64,000 nucleotides of DNA from Eledone cirrhosa (GCA_964016885.1 OZ024742.1:68696001-68760000); one strand, 5' to 3'; counted from the stretch's first letter, positions 46,150 to 59,730 are shown. The notes: a model not told the origin generated them from the letters alone. Made by a program: numbers and translations.

Positions 46150-46905
46150 GGTACACTATTAATAATTATTAATCATATTTTTTCTCTAAAATCATATTTT
46201 CTCTATCATCGCATTTTCTCTATCGTATTTTCCTAAACATATTTTCGTTTATTGTTAAATTATGCCCAAAATACGGGGATATTATTTAAACTCTTAACCT
46301 CTCTGCTCCATCCCATCTTCTACCCCCACCCATACATCATGCTGGTTCCTCCCCCCCCCCTCCCTCTCTATACATATAAGATAAACCCTACCAAAATTAA
46401 TCAAAATCGCCAACTCGCTATTCTGTTATGGCTGTTTCCTCGGTATAATGTAACGTTCAAATATATTTTTCTCGATTCTTCTCTCCATTCTAATCCATTA
46501 GTCCATTCATTCACCATTCTATATCATATTTTTTCTCTAAAATCATATTTTCTCTATCATCGCATTTTCTCTATCGTATTTTCCTAAACAAAACAAATCT
46601 TGTATTTTCGTTTATTGTTAAATTATGCCCAAAATACGGGGATCTTATTTAAACGTTACCTTCTCGCTAACTACCCAACATCCCTCCCTCCCGCCCCCAT
46701 GCACCACCATTAATACGTGGACCAATCATAAGTCAGAGGCCCATACTATCGCTTAACTGGTTGCTTTTCAATATGATGGATGGACTACGAAATTCTGGAG
46801 AGTTGAATAGAGAAAAATCTGGACGCTCAGCGACAATGCCAAAGATGAAGACAAATTCACCTCTCGGACGAGAATGCAAGCACTCCTCCTTGTTTCGGCC
46901 GAGGA

Positions 46906-49900
46906 TGGCTAACATAACCCCCCCCCCCCCGCGCCCCACCGCTCCCACCCTCTAAACGCAATCCAAAACTTCAGAGTTGGTACCATAAATGTAGGCACCT
47001 TAAAAGGCCGCTCTAACGAAGTTGTAGAAATGCATGAACGTAAGGAGGTCGATGTTTGTTGTATTCAAGAGACCAAGTGGAGGGGAGGGTCTGCTAGATT
47101 CATCGTGGGTAAAGAACGATGCTATAAGCTTTTCTAGGTGGGAAATGACAATGGGCTGGGTGGAGTAGGAATCATGGTAGCAGAAAAGTGGGCAGATAAG
47201 ATAATAGACGTAAATAGAGTGAATGACAGAATAATTAAAATAAGACTTGTCCTCAATAGAACTACAGTGACAGTAATATCTGCGTACGCACCCCAATCCG
47301 GACTGCCCGGCGCTATAAAAGACAGATTCTATGAGACACTGATGCTCGCTACCTCCCAAATAACCGACAGTGACTATATAATTATTGCAGGCGACCTAAA
47401 TGGTCACGTTGGACAACATTGTGACGGCTATGACGGAATCCATGGAGGCTATCGGTTTGGTACTAGAAATGAGGAAGGCTCCAGAATCCTGGAATTCTGT
47501 GACGCAAATAACCTAACTATCTGTAACACTAACTTCAAAAAACGAGACAATCACTTGATCACCTATAGATCGGGCGAACACACAAGCCAGGTAGATTATA
47601 TCCTTACCAGAAGACGTGACAGAGTGTCTGTTGTTAACACTAAATCCCTCCCCCATGAAGAATGCACCTCCCAACATAGACTGATAATTAGCGACCTCAT
47701 AGTCAGGACGAGACGTACTAGACAGCAGAAGAAGACTATCCTCAGGAGAAAAATATGGAAGCTAAAGGACCACATAGCCAGAAATAAATTTCAAAGCATA
47801 TTACTTGATGCTTTCGACAGTAAGGAAGAGCAATTAGAGTCGTATAATATAGAGGAACAGTGGGAATTCCTGAGAGCAAACCTGCTGACGGCGGCAGACG
47901 AAGTCTGTGGCTGGAGCAGGCCTGTAGGTAGGAGGAGAGTAACATGGTGGTGGAACAGTAAGGTGGAGGAGTCAATTAAGGCCAAAAAGCAGGCTTGGAA
48001 AGTATGGCGGGATGGGGGAAGTAGAGAAGACTATCAAGTGGCCAGGAGGGAAGCTAGGAGACAAGTGTACTTCGCAAGAAGGGAAGCAGAGGAAAGAAAG
48101 TTCAAGCATGTTCTACAACGTGAGGACCAAAAACGTGAGGTGTTCAGGATTGCTAGGCAATGTGTCAAGGAAAACCGTGATATTGTCGGGGAGAAGTGTG
48201 TACTTAATGATGATGGCATACTTGCCATCACTGACGCTGATAAGAAGGTAGCTTGGAAGTGTCACTACGAAAGGCTTCTAAATGAGGAGAACAAATGGGA
48301 GAAAGACAGTCTCCCCCACATCGACCCAATAGAGGGACCAGCAGTGTTAGTCGAGGGTAGTATAATAAGTAAGGCAATCAAAGATATGAAGACAGGTAAG
48401 GCGGCTGGGCCTTCGGAAATAGTTGCTGAGATGCTGAAGGCATCTGGTACGGTGGGACACACCATGGTCACCCGGATAGTTAACCAAGTCGTACAGAATG
48501 GGGTTGTTCCGAAGGACTGGCGTAGCAGCATCATCGTTAACCGTTATAAAGGTAAAGGAGATGCCCTAGATAGGAGTAACTATAGAGGCATTAAATTAAT
48601 CGACCAGATCATGAAGGTCGCGGAAAAAGTAATAGCGCAACTAATCAGAGAGAGAATTGATCTAGATGAAATGCAGTTCGGGTTTGTGTCAGGCAAAAGT
48701 ACCACAGACGCTCTTTTCATTGTACGACAACTACAGGAGAAGTACCTAGCTAAAAGTAAACCCCTATACTTAGCTTTTGTCGACTTGGAGAAAGCCTTCG
48801 ACAGAGTCCCCCGTTCCATTATCTGGTGGGCTCTTAGAAAACTAGGTGTTGACGAATGGCTTGTGAGAGCTCTAAAAGCCATGTATAAAGAAACAGTCAG
48901 CAAGGTTAGAATTAACAACGAATATAGTGAAGAGTTTAGCGTAAAAGTTGGTGTCCATCAGGGCTCTGTTCTTAGCCCCCTACTATTTATTATTGCCCTT
49001 CAGGCTATAACAGAGGAGTTCAAGACCGGCTGCCCATGGGAACTCCTATACGCAGATGATCTAATGCTCATAGCTGAATCAATTACCGAGCTAGAGAAGA
49101 AATTCCAAACATGGAAGCACGGCCTAGAATCAAAAGGCCTTAAAATTAATCTGGCTAAGACTAAAGTTCTAGTTTGTAAGAAAGAAAATAAGGCGGCGGT
49201 CCCTTCCGGGAAATGGCCATGCTCAGTGTGTAGGAAAGGCGTAGGTAGAAACTCCATTTTATGTCCCAAATGCAAAGTATGGGTGCATAAAAGATGTAGT
49301 GGGATCACAGGTAAGCTAACTAAGAACATAGATTTTACATGTGGCCGGTGCTCTGGTGCAATAAGTAGCAGCAAGTGCCCACAAAAATACTAGATCTTTC
49401 AATTGCGCAGAGGGTTCTATAGAAATAGTGGGCAGCTTCCGTGACCTGGGTGACAAAATCAGCAGTGGGGGAGGGTGCTCTGAAAGTACAGTAGCTAGAG
49501 TCAGAACTGGATGGAAAAAGTTCAGAGAGCTTATACCACTATTAGCCGCTAAAGGGTTCTCCCTAAAAATGAAAGGCAGGTTATACGATGCCTGCATACG
49601 AACAGCAATGCTGCATGGCAGTGAGACCTGGGCATTGTGTGCAGAGGATATACGCAGACTAGAGAGGAACGAAGCTTGCATGCTCAGTTGGATGTGCAAT
49701 AGTAATATACGTGAACGGCTAAGCATAAACGAACTAAGGAAAAAATTAGAAATAAGAGGGATCAGATGTTGTTGACTCGAGAGAAGGCTACGTTGGTATG
49801 GTCACGTGATGCGCATGAAAGACGACAGCTGTATAACAAAGTGCAGGGCAATAAAGATAGACGGTAGCCACGGAATAGGCAGACCTAGAAAAACCTGGGA

Positions 49901-50368
49901 CGAGCTGATAAATTCCGACCTCACACGCTTACACCTCTCCAAGACAATGTCACTGGACCGAGACCTTTGGCGGTACTCAGTAATAGAGAAGACCCGCGTT
50001 ACCTAAATACAAAGTAAAACCTACTACAGTCAGTAGGCATCTCTATCAACCCCCCCCCCCCACCGCCCCTTTCAATGTAAAGTTATGTTGGTGCCACAAC
50101 ATCCAGGCCGAAACAAATGAGATCGTGTAGGTGTCACGACAAAAAAACACACAGTCCACGCTGTAAATGTGGCCGTGTAGGCAACACGGTAAAAACCTCC
50201 CAGCCCCACACTGTAAATGTGGTTGGTGTTAGGAAGGGCATCCAGCTGTAGAAAACCCGCCAGACAGTCCTATGCGAGCAAGACAACCACTCTTGCCTCA
50301 AGTGGGAAAACCCCCGTCCAAACCCATGCAAGCGTGGAACACGGACGTTAAACATTGATGATGATGAT
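46906..50368 (+). mobile_element. RTE family A, near full-length copy (APE, RT, PHD insert, 3' UTR, (ATG)n); stops at 47135 and 49773, frameshift near 49380
   Basis: FRVGTINVGTLKG...CCIQETKW, AYAPQ, GDLNGHVG, SQHRL, complete RT motifs. The 5' UTR may extend to about 46150. Confidence 0.96.
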
Positions 50369-50369
50369 A

Positions 50370-50651
50370 ATGCACTCGTGCAATGCCTGTGCGTGACGAA
50401 TATGTTTAAAGTGAGGAAAGACTGTGCACTGAGCCAATCCCACTCTCTGAGCGACAGTAGCTATAACCCGAAAAGAAGAAAAGATCAACATCATCGGTAA
50501 CTACTGAGCCGCAGGTTTTATGTCGGAGTTAACCCAGTTTCCTGAGATGCCTTCTCCTAGAAGAATGCCCTGACAAGGGCTAGGAGTTCTTCACTCCCAG
50601 TGGTTTAACTGCGCGATCGGGCATCCAGCCCGATTATTTCTATGTCCCCGC

Positions 50652-50653
<2 letters not shown>
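50370..50653 (-). mobile_element. Fragment of a diverged RTE 5'-UTR-type element related to the 600-bp family
   Basis: Shares CCTTCTCCTAGAA...TGACAA.GGCTA.GGAGT and AAAAGAAGAA...TCAACATCAT.GG blocks. Confidence 0.65.
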
Positions 50654-50685
<32 letters not shown>

Positions 50686-50787
50686 CTTATTGACACTTAT
50701 ACGTACGACACACACACGCGCATACATATGCGCGCACACAGCAACACTCATACATACAAACAAGCACACACACGCTACTCTACTCAC

Positions 50788-50865
<78 letters not shown>

Positions 50866-51480
50866 CATCATCATCATCATCAACATCAACGTTTAACGTC
50901 CGTGTTCCACGCTTGCATGGGTTTGGACGGGGGTAGTCCCACTTGAGGCAAGAGTGATTGTCTTGCTCGCATAGGACTGTCTGGCAGGTTTTCTACAGTT
51001 GGATGCCCTTCCTAACACCAACCACATTTACAGTGTGGGTCTGGGAGGTTTTTACCGTGTTGCCTACACGGCCACATTACAGCGTGGACTGTGCTTTTTT
51101 GTCGTGACACCTACACGATCTCATTTGTTTCGGCCTGGATGGTGCGGCACCAACATAACTTTACATAGAACGGGGTGGTGTGGATGGGGTGGTGGTGGTG
51201 GGACGGGGTGTATTTTGTTAGGGATGCCTACTGGCTGGAGTAGGTTTTACTATATATTTAGGTAAGGCGGGTCTTCTCTGTTACTGAGTACCGCCAAAGG
51301 TCTCGGTCCAGTGACATTGTCTTGGAGAGGTGTAAGTGTGTGATGTCGGAGTTTATCAGCTCGTCCCAGGTTTTTCTAGGTCTGCCTATTCCGTGACTAC
51401 CGTCTATCTTTATTGCCCTGCACTTTGTTATACAGCTATCGACTTTCATGCGCATCACGTGTCCATACCAACGTAGCCTT
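50866..51480 (-). mobile_element. RTE family A, 3' copy
   Basis: RLRWYGHVMRMKVDS... plus 3' UTR and tail. Confidence 0.95.
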
Positions 51481-51611
51481 ACCGTCATTACTGATACAAG
51501 ATTACAAGATTATGTCAACTGTTGACTTTCAAGAGTTTGTATAGTTGAAGCCGATCGTACTACAGTCCAGTATTATTATAATTGCTTTACAGCATAGAGT
51601 CACGGCCCTCC

Positions 51612-51700
51612 ACACTCTGAGCTCAAATCCCGCCGAGGTCAACCTTGCCTTTCATCCCCACGGAGTCAACAAAAGAGAGTACCAGTGATGCGCTGGGCCA
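51612..51700 (+). mobile_element. MetaSINE-type SINE fragment
   Basis: B-box-like GAGCTCAAATCCC, then GAGGTCAACCTTGCCTTTCATCC...GAGTCAACAAAA..AGTACCAGT resembling the Meta domain. Confidence 0.7.
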
Positions 51701-52073
51701 GTCGCTGGATCCGTACCAAAAGCTGAAAAATTATTATTAAAGTTGTTTTCTTAAGGCCCGGTCGCTGGTGATGGTGATGGCGGCGGCGGTAGTGGTGGTG
51801 GCAGTTGATGTTGTTGTGTTGTGTGCGTGTGTGTGTGTTTTGTTATTTTGAGTTTTTTTGTTTGTTTTTTCCTTTTTTTTCCCTTCCCTTTCTTTTTTTT
51901 TTATCTTTTGATGCCGCTGTTGTTGTTGTTGTTGTAAATGTTCATTTCAGTTCATTCTGAAGCTGTTGTTGCTGTAAACATTAGTGCCGGTGTTGTTGTA
52001 GATGTTGGGGTTGAAATCTGGTCGTTTGACTGAGTGATGTATATACACACATATACATACATATATATATATA

Positions 52074-52807
52074 TGCAGAGGATATACGCAGACTAGAGAG
52101 GAACGAAGCTTGCATGCTCCGCTGGATGTGTAACAGTAATATACGTGAACGGCAAAGCATAAACGAACTAAGGAAAAAATTAGAGATAAGAGGGATCAGA
52201 TGTTGTTTACTCGAGAGAAGGCTGCGTTGGTATGGACACGTGATGCGCATGAAAGTCGATAGCTGTATTACAAAGTGCAGGGCAATAAAGATAGACGGTA
52301 GCCACGGAATAGGCAGACCTAGAAAAACATGGGATGAGCTGATAAACTCCGACCTCACACACTTACACCTCTCCAAGACAATGTCACTGGACCGTGACCT
52401 TTGGCGGTACTCAGTAACAGAGAAGACCCGCCTTGCCAGTAGGCATCTCTAACAAAATACACCCCTCCCGCCGCCACCCCCACCCCATCCACACCACCCC
52501 GTTCTATGTAAAGTTATGTTGGTGCCGCGCCATCCAGGCCAAAACAAATGAGATCGTGTAGGTGTCACGACAAAAAAACACACAGTCCACGCTGTAATGT
52601 GGCCGTGTAGGCAACACGGTAAAAACCTCCCAGACCCACACTGTAAATGTGGTTGGTGTTAGGAAGGGCATCCAACTGTAGAAAACCTGCCAGACAGTCC
52701 TATGCGAGCAAGACAATCACTCTTGCCTCAAGTGGGACTACCCCCGTCCAAACCCATGCAAGCGTGGAACACGGACGTTAAACGTTGATGATGATGATGA
52801 TGATGAT
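52074..52807 (+). mobile_element. RTE family A, 3' copy
   Basis: Near-identical to 35626-36358, with a small deletion at the ORF end. Confidence 0.95.
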
Positions 52808-53241
52808 ATCTATATACACATTCAACAGAGAGTAGAGAGTTTGACAACAGGTCGATGACTTTAGTCTAGATAGGGTAATGACATGTGATGGTGGGGAGAG
52901 AGTGTAGACGTTATTGTGGTGGCAGGGGACAGTGAGATGTATCTAGTTCATTTGTCCATTTTCTTCTCTTTGCAAAATTTGAATTTTAGCCATGTTATAT
53001 TGAGATGTAAGTAAATGTAAAATGTAAAATATAAATAAGGATTACTCTTCTAAAATATACTAAAATATTTGTGTAACTTCCACAAACTTCTGTCGTGACA
53101 TTCCCGAGTCCAGTGACCAACAAATTGTTGTATTTTGATGTTTCAGAATACAAAAATTAATTAAAAATTTACCCCACGAAAAGACAGCGTGTGTTGTCCT
53201 ATACATACATACATACATACATACATACATACATACATACA

Positions 53242-55751
53242 TGGTACAAAAAACTAATATTCTATTGGAGGTATCTTACTGACCTCTACCAACAAGTTCT
53301 TAAGGGAGATACACTTGTACCAGAATGGTTGACATTAGCACAAACGTTACTGGTCCCCAAGAACAAAGAGACCCACTTGGCAACAAACTACCGACCCATT
53401 GCATGCCAGAACCTGATGTATAAGATGTATACAGCCTGCCTGAACCTATTCCTCCAAGATCACTGTGAAAATAATAACATCATCACAGATGAACAAGCAG
53501 CTGGAAAGAAAGGGGTTTGGGGATGTGCTGAACAACTCCTAATCAACAAAACTGCGATGTCCGAGGTGCGACAACTTAGGAGGAATATGACTACAGTCTG
53601 GCTGGACTACAAGAAAGCTTTCGATTCTGTTCCCCACTCTTGGATGATAGAGGCCCTCAAACTTGCTAAAGTCCCAGACATTATTGTCAGACCCATAGAG
53701 AGGCTGTCTTCTTCTTGGGCTACTATCCTAAAGTTTAAAACAGAGAAGGAGGACTCTATTTTCAAAGACAGTATAGAATATCACAGGGGTATATTTCAAG
53801 GACACAGTCTCTCTGTGCTACTATTTATTCTATCATTAAACCTCTTGTCCTTTCTGCTCAAGAAATGCGAGGGATACATCATTGGCTCACAGGAGGACAG
53901 AAATACGAACCTAACCCATAACTTCTTTGTGGACGATCTGAAACTCTATGCCAAGAACATGGATGGGATGAAGAAAAATCTTGACCTGGTTACAATGTTC
54001 TCAAAGGATATAGGAATGGAGTTTGGCCAAGATAAATGCTCATACATGACTGTAAAGTGGGGAAAAACAACAACCCAATCTAGCAACATTGTCATCAATA
54101 GTCTAACTGTTTCACCGATATCTGATGAGGACTGCTACAGATACCTGAGGATAGATGAGAACATATCCTATAATGGTATCTGTAATAAAGAACGCGTAAC
54201 CAGGGAATTCTACACCCGATTAAGAAAGATCTGGTCATCAGAACTCTCTTCGCAAAACAAAACAGTGGCTCACAATGTGTTTGCTGTGCCTGTCCTAACA
54301 CCAACGTTTGGAATACTCAATTGGACAATAGACGAAATCCGAGCAGTTGATGTTGGAATTCGAAAACTGCTAAACAACACCGGAAACTTCCACATCAACA
54401 GTGACAGACCGCCTTTACTTGAAACGTAAGCAGGGAGGCAGAGGCCTAACATCAGTCCAGACAACATTTGAATCTCGCATCATATCTCTCCGACAACATC
54501 TACGAACCTCGAAGCGTAGGAGCCCGCTTCTCAAGCAAGTCTATCTGCATGAAACAGATAAGATCATGAGAGTTGTGAAGGAACTCCTTGAGAGATATTC
54601 CCTGTGTGATAATCAAAAACTCACACCCAGACATGTCGCTCAGCAGTATCGCAGTGAATCCATGGATGAAAAACTGCATGCCTATCAGCAAAAAATCATG
54701 CATGGATATGTTGCCAGGAAGCTCCAGAGTGAGAGTAATATAGATAAGGAAAGTAGTCTATCTTGGACCAACAACCGCTATATTGGCTCCCACTTTGAAA
54801 GATACGCTTTTGCAATCCAAGAACAGGAGATTAGCAGAAAATACCTGATTCACAAAAGAGATAGGGATGCAGGCAAAACACCTAGATGTGATAACAAGTG
54901 CAGACTCTGCAGAACTAACATCGAGGATATCACCCATGTCATCAGCAGCTGTCCAAAGATGTCATTGCGGTACTATCTACCTATGAGGCATGATGTATTT
55001 GCTAAAACACTGTACAATGCAGTTCATAAAAAAGATAGCCCCGATAAACACATTAAAAGCTACAACAATGTGGAAGACATCCATGTACATAATATGAAAG
55101 AGTACTGGTGGAATGTTCCAGTAAAAACCCCAATAAAATGCAGACATAACAGACCAGATATTATGATATGGAACAGGGAGAAGAAAACATGCACAGTAGT
55201 GGAAATTAGCTGCCCAGCAGATGCCAATATAATATCAAAGATTAGTGAAAAGAAGAATATTTATGTAGAACTGATGAGAAATCTGCAGATACTCCACCCT
55301 GATTACACCTTCAGATTTATGCCTGTAATTATTGGGGCACTGGGGTATGTTAGTAACTGCCTCAATACAAATCTTGAGAATCTAGGCTTCACAGGAACAG
55401 AAAGAACACAACTAGTTAGGAAACTACAAGTACAATCCATTAATGGAACAGTAAAAATATGTAAAACATTCTAAAAATTTTGCATCTAATAACTGCATAT
55501 ACACATGTACAGATACAAAGCATATACACATGCACACATACAACTCAAAACATACACATGCACACATACAACTCAAAACATACACATCCACACATACAAT
55601 AACATCCATATCTACACATGCATGCATACATACATATCTACCTAGTTGATGTTGTGTAAATTCCAATGAGAGAGTCTTGTGTCTATGTTAGAAACCGACT
55701 CTCTCTCTCTATTGGTAAAACTTTGTGAAATTATAAAACCAGAAGAACGAA
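53242..55751 (+). mobile_element. R4/Dong-clade RLE retrotransposon, 5'-truncated, embedded in (CATA)n
   Basis: NYRPIAC, WLDYKKAFDSVPH, RGIFQG, FFVDDLKLY, GGRGL, CRLC...HVISSC, RHD, RPD...VVEISCP; (CATA)n on both flanks. Confidence 0.93.
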
Positions 55752-55767
55752 CATACATACATACATA

Positions 55768-56766
55768 GCATCATGAGCATGAACAAAAATATATCATTAG
55801 AATAGCCACTGATCTGGAGGAGAGATATGGAATAAAGCCTGATATAAATCTCTCACCCAGAGAAATCGGAAGATCCTATTCAATGTTCGAACAAGATGAA
55901 AAAATTGACCAATTTACAGAAAAAGTTGTGCATGGATACTTAAGACGTAAAACACAGACCAGAGAGGGGATAAACCACTCAAAAAGCGTGACATAGAGTT
56001 CCGACAAGTTTATGACATCACACCTTGAGGGATATCTCTATGCAATACAGGAACAAGAACTCCCTACCAAATATCTGCTGCACAAAAGGGGAGGGCCATC
56101 AGCTGACAATAAATGTAGGCTATGTAAAACAAAGATCGAGGATGTAAGCCACATTGTTGCCAGCTGCGTAAGAATGTCATCTCGCTACTATCTCCTCATG
56201 AGACACGATGGGATAGCTAGAACCATCTGGAACGCACTTCGGAAAACAAAATTAACAACAAACGAGGAAGAATATATTGAGACAAATGGCACTAAGTAAT
56301 ACTGGTGGAACCTGAAAATAAAAACTGCCACCAAATTAAAGCACAACCGGCCTGATATTGTTGTTTGGGACCACACATTGAAAACGTGTTCTGTTGTGGA
56401 GATCACCTGCCCACTTGATGTAAACGTTGTCAGAAAAATACAGGAGAAGGAGAACATCTATGGACCATTGATGAGGAGTTTACAAATCCAGTATCCAAGA
56501 TACACCTTTAGCTTCATACCCATCATTATTGGAGCTACGGGTTATATACCAACCCGCTTGGACCAAAGTATGACTGAACTTGGATTTGCGGACAAAAAGC
56601 GCAGCTCCCTAATTCATAGTCTACAAATGGCTGCGATAGTTGGCACCTTCAAAATTTGCAAAACATTCTTGCGATTCAAGGGATGACAATTTCTTTTCTT
56701 TTACAACCTTGCCACCAGGAAGGTGGCCGGTCAAAAAAATATACTCGAAATTAAGAGAAAGAGATA
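55768..56766 (+). mobile_element. Second R4/Dong-type family, 3' fragment
   Basis: AIQEQELPTKY...CRLC...HIVASC...RHD...RPDIVV...VEITCP; followed by (CA)n and (CATTA)n. Confidence 0.9.
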
Positions 56767-56997
56767 ACACACACACACATTACATTACATTACATTACAT
56801 TACATTACATTTTGAGTTTATGTTGGTTGTTTACCAACAGCTCAGTATGCAGATTGGAACACTCGAGTACGCAGGTTGGTTTGTTTACTCCGGAGTAATG
56901 TAAAATAATTAAGTCAAATATGTAAAATTTGGCTTCGTTTATTATAAATTATAGATATACTGCTATATATATTTTTCGGTGACAGCCATCATTGGCT

Positions 56998-59540
56998 GCA
57001 TGCATGCGTGTGTGTGTGCGTGCAGATATGGATGTTATTGAATGTGTGCATGTGTATATGTTTTGTATGTGTACATGCAGCTATTATATACAGAATTTTT
57101 GGAATGTTTTACATATTTTTACTGTTCCATTAATGGATTGTACTTGAAACTTCCTAACTAGTCGTGTTCTTTCTATTTCTGTGAAGCCCAGCTTCTCAAG
57201 ATTTGTACTAAGGCAGTTACTAACATATCCCTGTGCCCCAATAATCACAGGTATAAATCTGAAAGTATAGTCAGAGTGGAGTATCTGCAGATTCCTCATT
57301 AGTTCTGTGTAGATATTCTCCTTTTCCCTTATCTTTAATATTATATTAACATCTGTTGGGCAGCTGACTTCTACTACTGTGCAGGCTTTCTTTTCTCTGT
57401 CCCATATCATTTTATCTGGTCTGTTATGCTTGCATTTTATTGGGGTTTTGACTGGAACATTCCACCAGTTCTCTTCCATATTATGTATATATATATATAT
57501 ATAAAGGGTTCTCCCTAAAAATGAAAGGCAGGCTGTACGATGCCTGCATACGAACAGCAATGTTGCATGGCAGTGAAACCTGGGCATTGTGTGCAGAGGA
57601 TATACGCAGACTAGAGAGAAACGAAGCTTGCATGCTCCGCTGGATGTGTAATAGTAATATACGTGAACGACAAAGCATAAACGAACTAAGGAAAAAATTA
57701 GAAATAAGAGGGATCAGATGTTGTTTACTAGAGAGAAGGCTACGTTGGTATGGTCACGTGATGCGCATGAAGGACGATAGCTGTATAACAAAGTGCAGGG
57801 CAATAAAGATAGACGGTAGCCACGGAATAGGCAGACCCAGAAAAACCTGGGACGAGCTGATAAACTCCGACCTCACACACTTACACCTCACCAAGACAAT
57901 GTCACTGGACCGAGACCTTTGGCGGTACTCAGTAATAGAGAAGACCCGCCTTACCTAAATACAAAGTAAAACCTACTACAGTCAGTAGGCATCTCTAATA
58001 AAATACACCCCCGTCCCACCACCCCCTTCTATGTAAAGTTATGTTGGTGCCACACCATCCAGGCCGAAACAAATGAGATCGTGTAGGTGTCACGACAAAA
58101 AAACACACAGTCCACGCTGTAATGTGGCCGTGTAGGCAACACGGTAAAAACCTCCCAGACCCACACTGTAAATGTGGTTGGTGTTAGGAAGGGCATCCAA
58201 CTGTAGAAAACCTGCCAGACAGTCCTATGCGAGCAAGACAATCACTCTTGCCTCAAGTGGGAATACCCCCGTCCAAACCCATGCAAGCGTGGAACACGGA
58301 CGTTAAACGTTGATGATGATGATGATGATGATATATCTTCCACATTGCTGTAACTTTTAATATGTTTTTTGTTGGTGCTATCTTTTCTATGGATTGCATT
58401 GTATAGTGTTTTGGCCACTACATCATGCCTCATATGTAGATAGTACCATGATGACATCTTTGGACAGCTACTTATCACATGGGTGACATCTCCAATGATA
58501 ATTCTGCAGAATCTGCATTTGTTGTTACATCTAGGTGTTTTGCCTACATCCCTATCTCTTTTGTGAATCAGGTATTTTATATTGATTTCCTGTTTTGGGA
58601 TTGCAAAATGAGAGCCAATATAGCAGTTGCTGGTCCAAGATAGTCTACTTTGCTTATCTATATTACTCTCACTCTGGAGCCTCCTAGCAAAATATCCATG
58701 CATGTTTTGCTGATAAACATCAGTTTTTCATCCATGGATTCACTGTGGTGTTGCTGGGCAATTTCCCTGTGTGTGAGTTTTTGATTATCATGCAGGGAGT
58801 ATCTTTCAAACGTTTGTGTTAGGACAGATACAGCAATCACATTGTGAGCCACTGTTTTTTTGTGCACAGAGTGTTCCGATGACCATATTTTTCTTAATCG
58901 GGTGTAATATTCCCTGGTTACGCATTCCTTATTACAAATACCATTATAGGGTATATTCTTATCTATCCTTGGTATTTGTAGCAGTCCTTTGTCAGATATC
59001 GGTGAAACAGTTAGGCCATTGATAAAAATGCTGCTAGATTGGCTTGTAGTTTTTCCCCGTTTTACAATCATATATGAACATTTATCCTGGCCAAACTCCA
59101 TTTCTATATCCTTTGAGAATGTTGTAACCAGGTCAAGATATTTCTTCATCCCATTTATGATCTTGGCATAGAATTTCAGGTCATCCACAACAAAATGATG
59201 ATTTAGGTTCGTATTTCTGTCCTCCTGTGAGCCAATTAGGTATCCTTCACATTTCTTGAGCAGAAAGGACAAGAGGTTTAATGATAGAATAAATAGTAGC
59301 ACAGAGAGACTGTCTTCTTGAAATATACCCCTGTGATATTCTATACTGTCAGTGAAAATAGAGTCCTCCTTCTCTGTTTTTAACTTTAGGATAGTAGCCT
59401 AAGAAGAAGACAGCTTCTCTATGGCTCTGATAATAGTGTCTGGGACTTCAACAAGTTGGAGGGCTTCTATCATCCAAGAGTAGGGAACAGAATCAAATGC
59501 TTTCCTGTAGTCCAGCCAGACTGTAACCATATTCCTCCTG
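56998..59540 (-). mobile_element. Diverged copy of the 53242 R4/Dong family, internally deleted and split by an RTE insertion
   Basis: WWNVPVKTPIKCKHNRPD; FVVDDLKFY; collinear with 53580-55620. Confidence 0.92.
57502..58330 (+). mobile_element. RTE family A, 3' copy nested in the R4/Dong ORF at an (AT)n site
   Basis: Host peptide NVEDI|..HNMEE resumes on either side. Confidence 0.95.
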
Positions 59541-59730
59541 AGCTGGTCATGTGGTCAGGATGGAAGATGGAAGGCTGTCTAAGTTATTTTATGAGGAGCT
59601 GGCCAAATGAAAAAGGCCACAGCATAAAGAAGCAGTTTAAGGATGTTATAAAACACAATCTTAAAGGTCTAAAGATTGATATGTAGAACTGGGAGAAGGC
59701 CGTACACCATGGAGAAAGATCATCAAATAT
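59541..59730 (+). mobile_element. Old RTE (BovB-like) C-terminal fragment
   Basis: AGHVVRMEDGRLSKLFYEELA...KKQFKDVIKHNLK. Confidence 0.7.

Noticed and set aside
50370-50653. Second hyper-edited element
   Set aside because: Differences from the 600-bp family include both A>G and T>C plus indels, so they are not strand-specific.
55660-55712. GAGAGAGTC...GAAACC-GACTCTCTC hairpin in the R4/Dong 3' UTR, superficially hammerhead-like
   Set aside because: No CUGANGA core; probably an ordinary 3'-UTR stem-loop.
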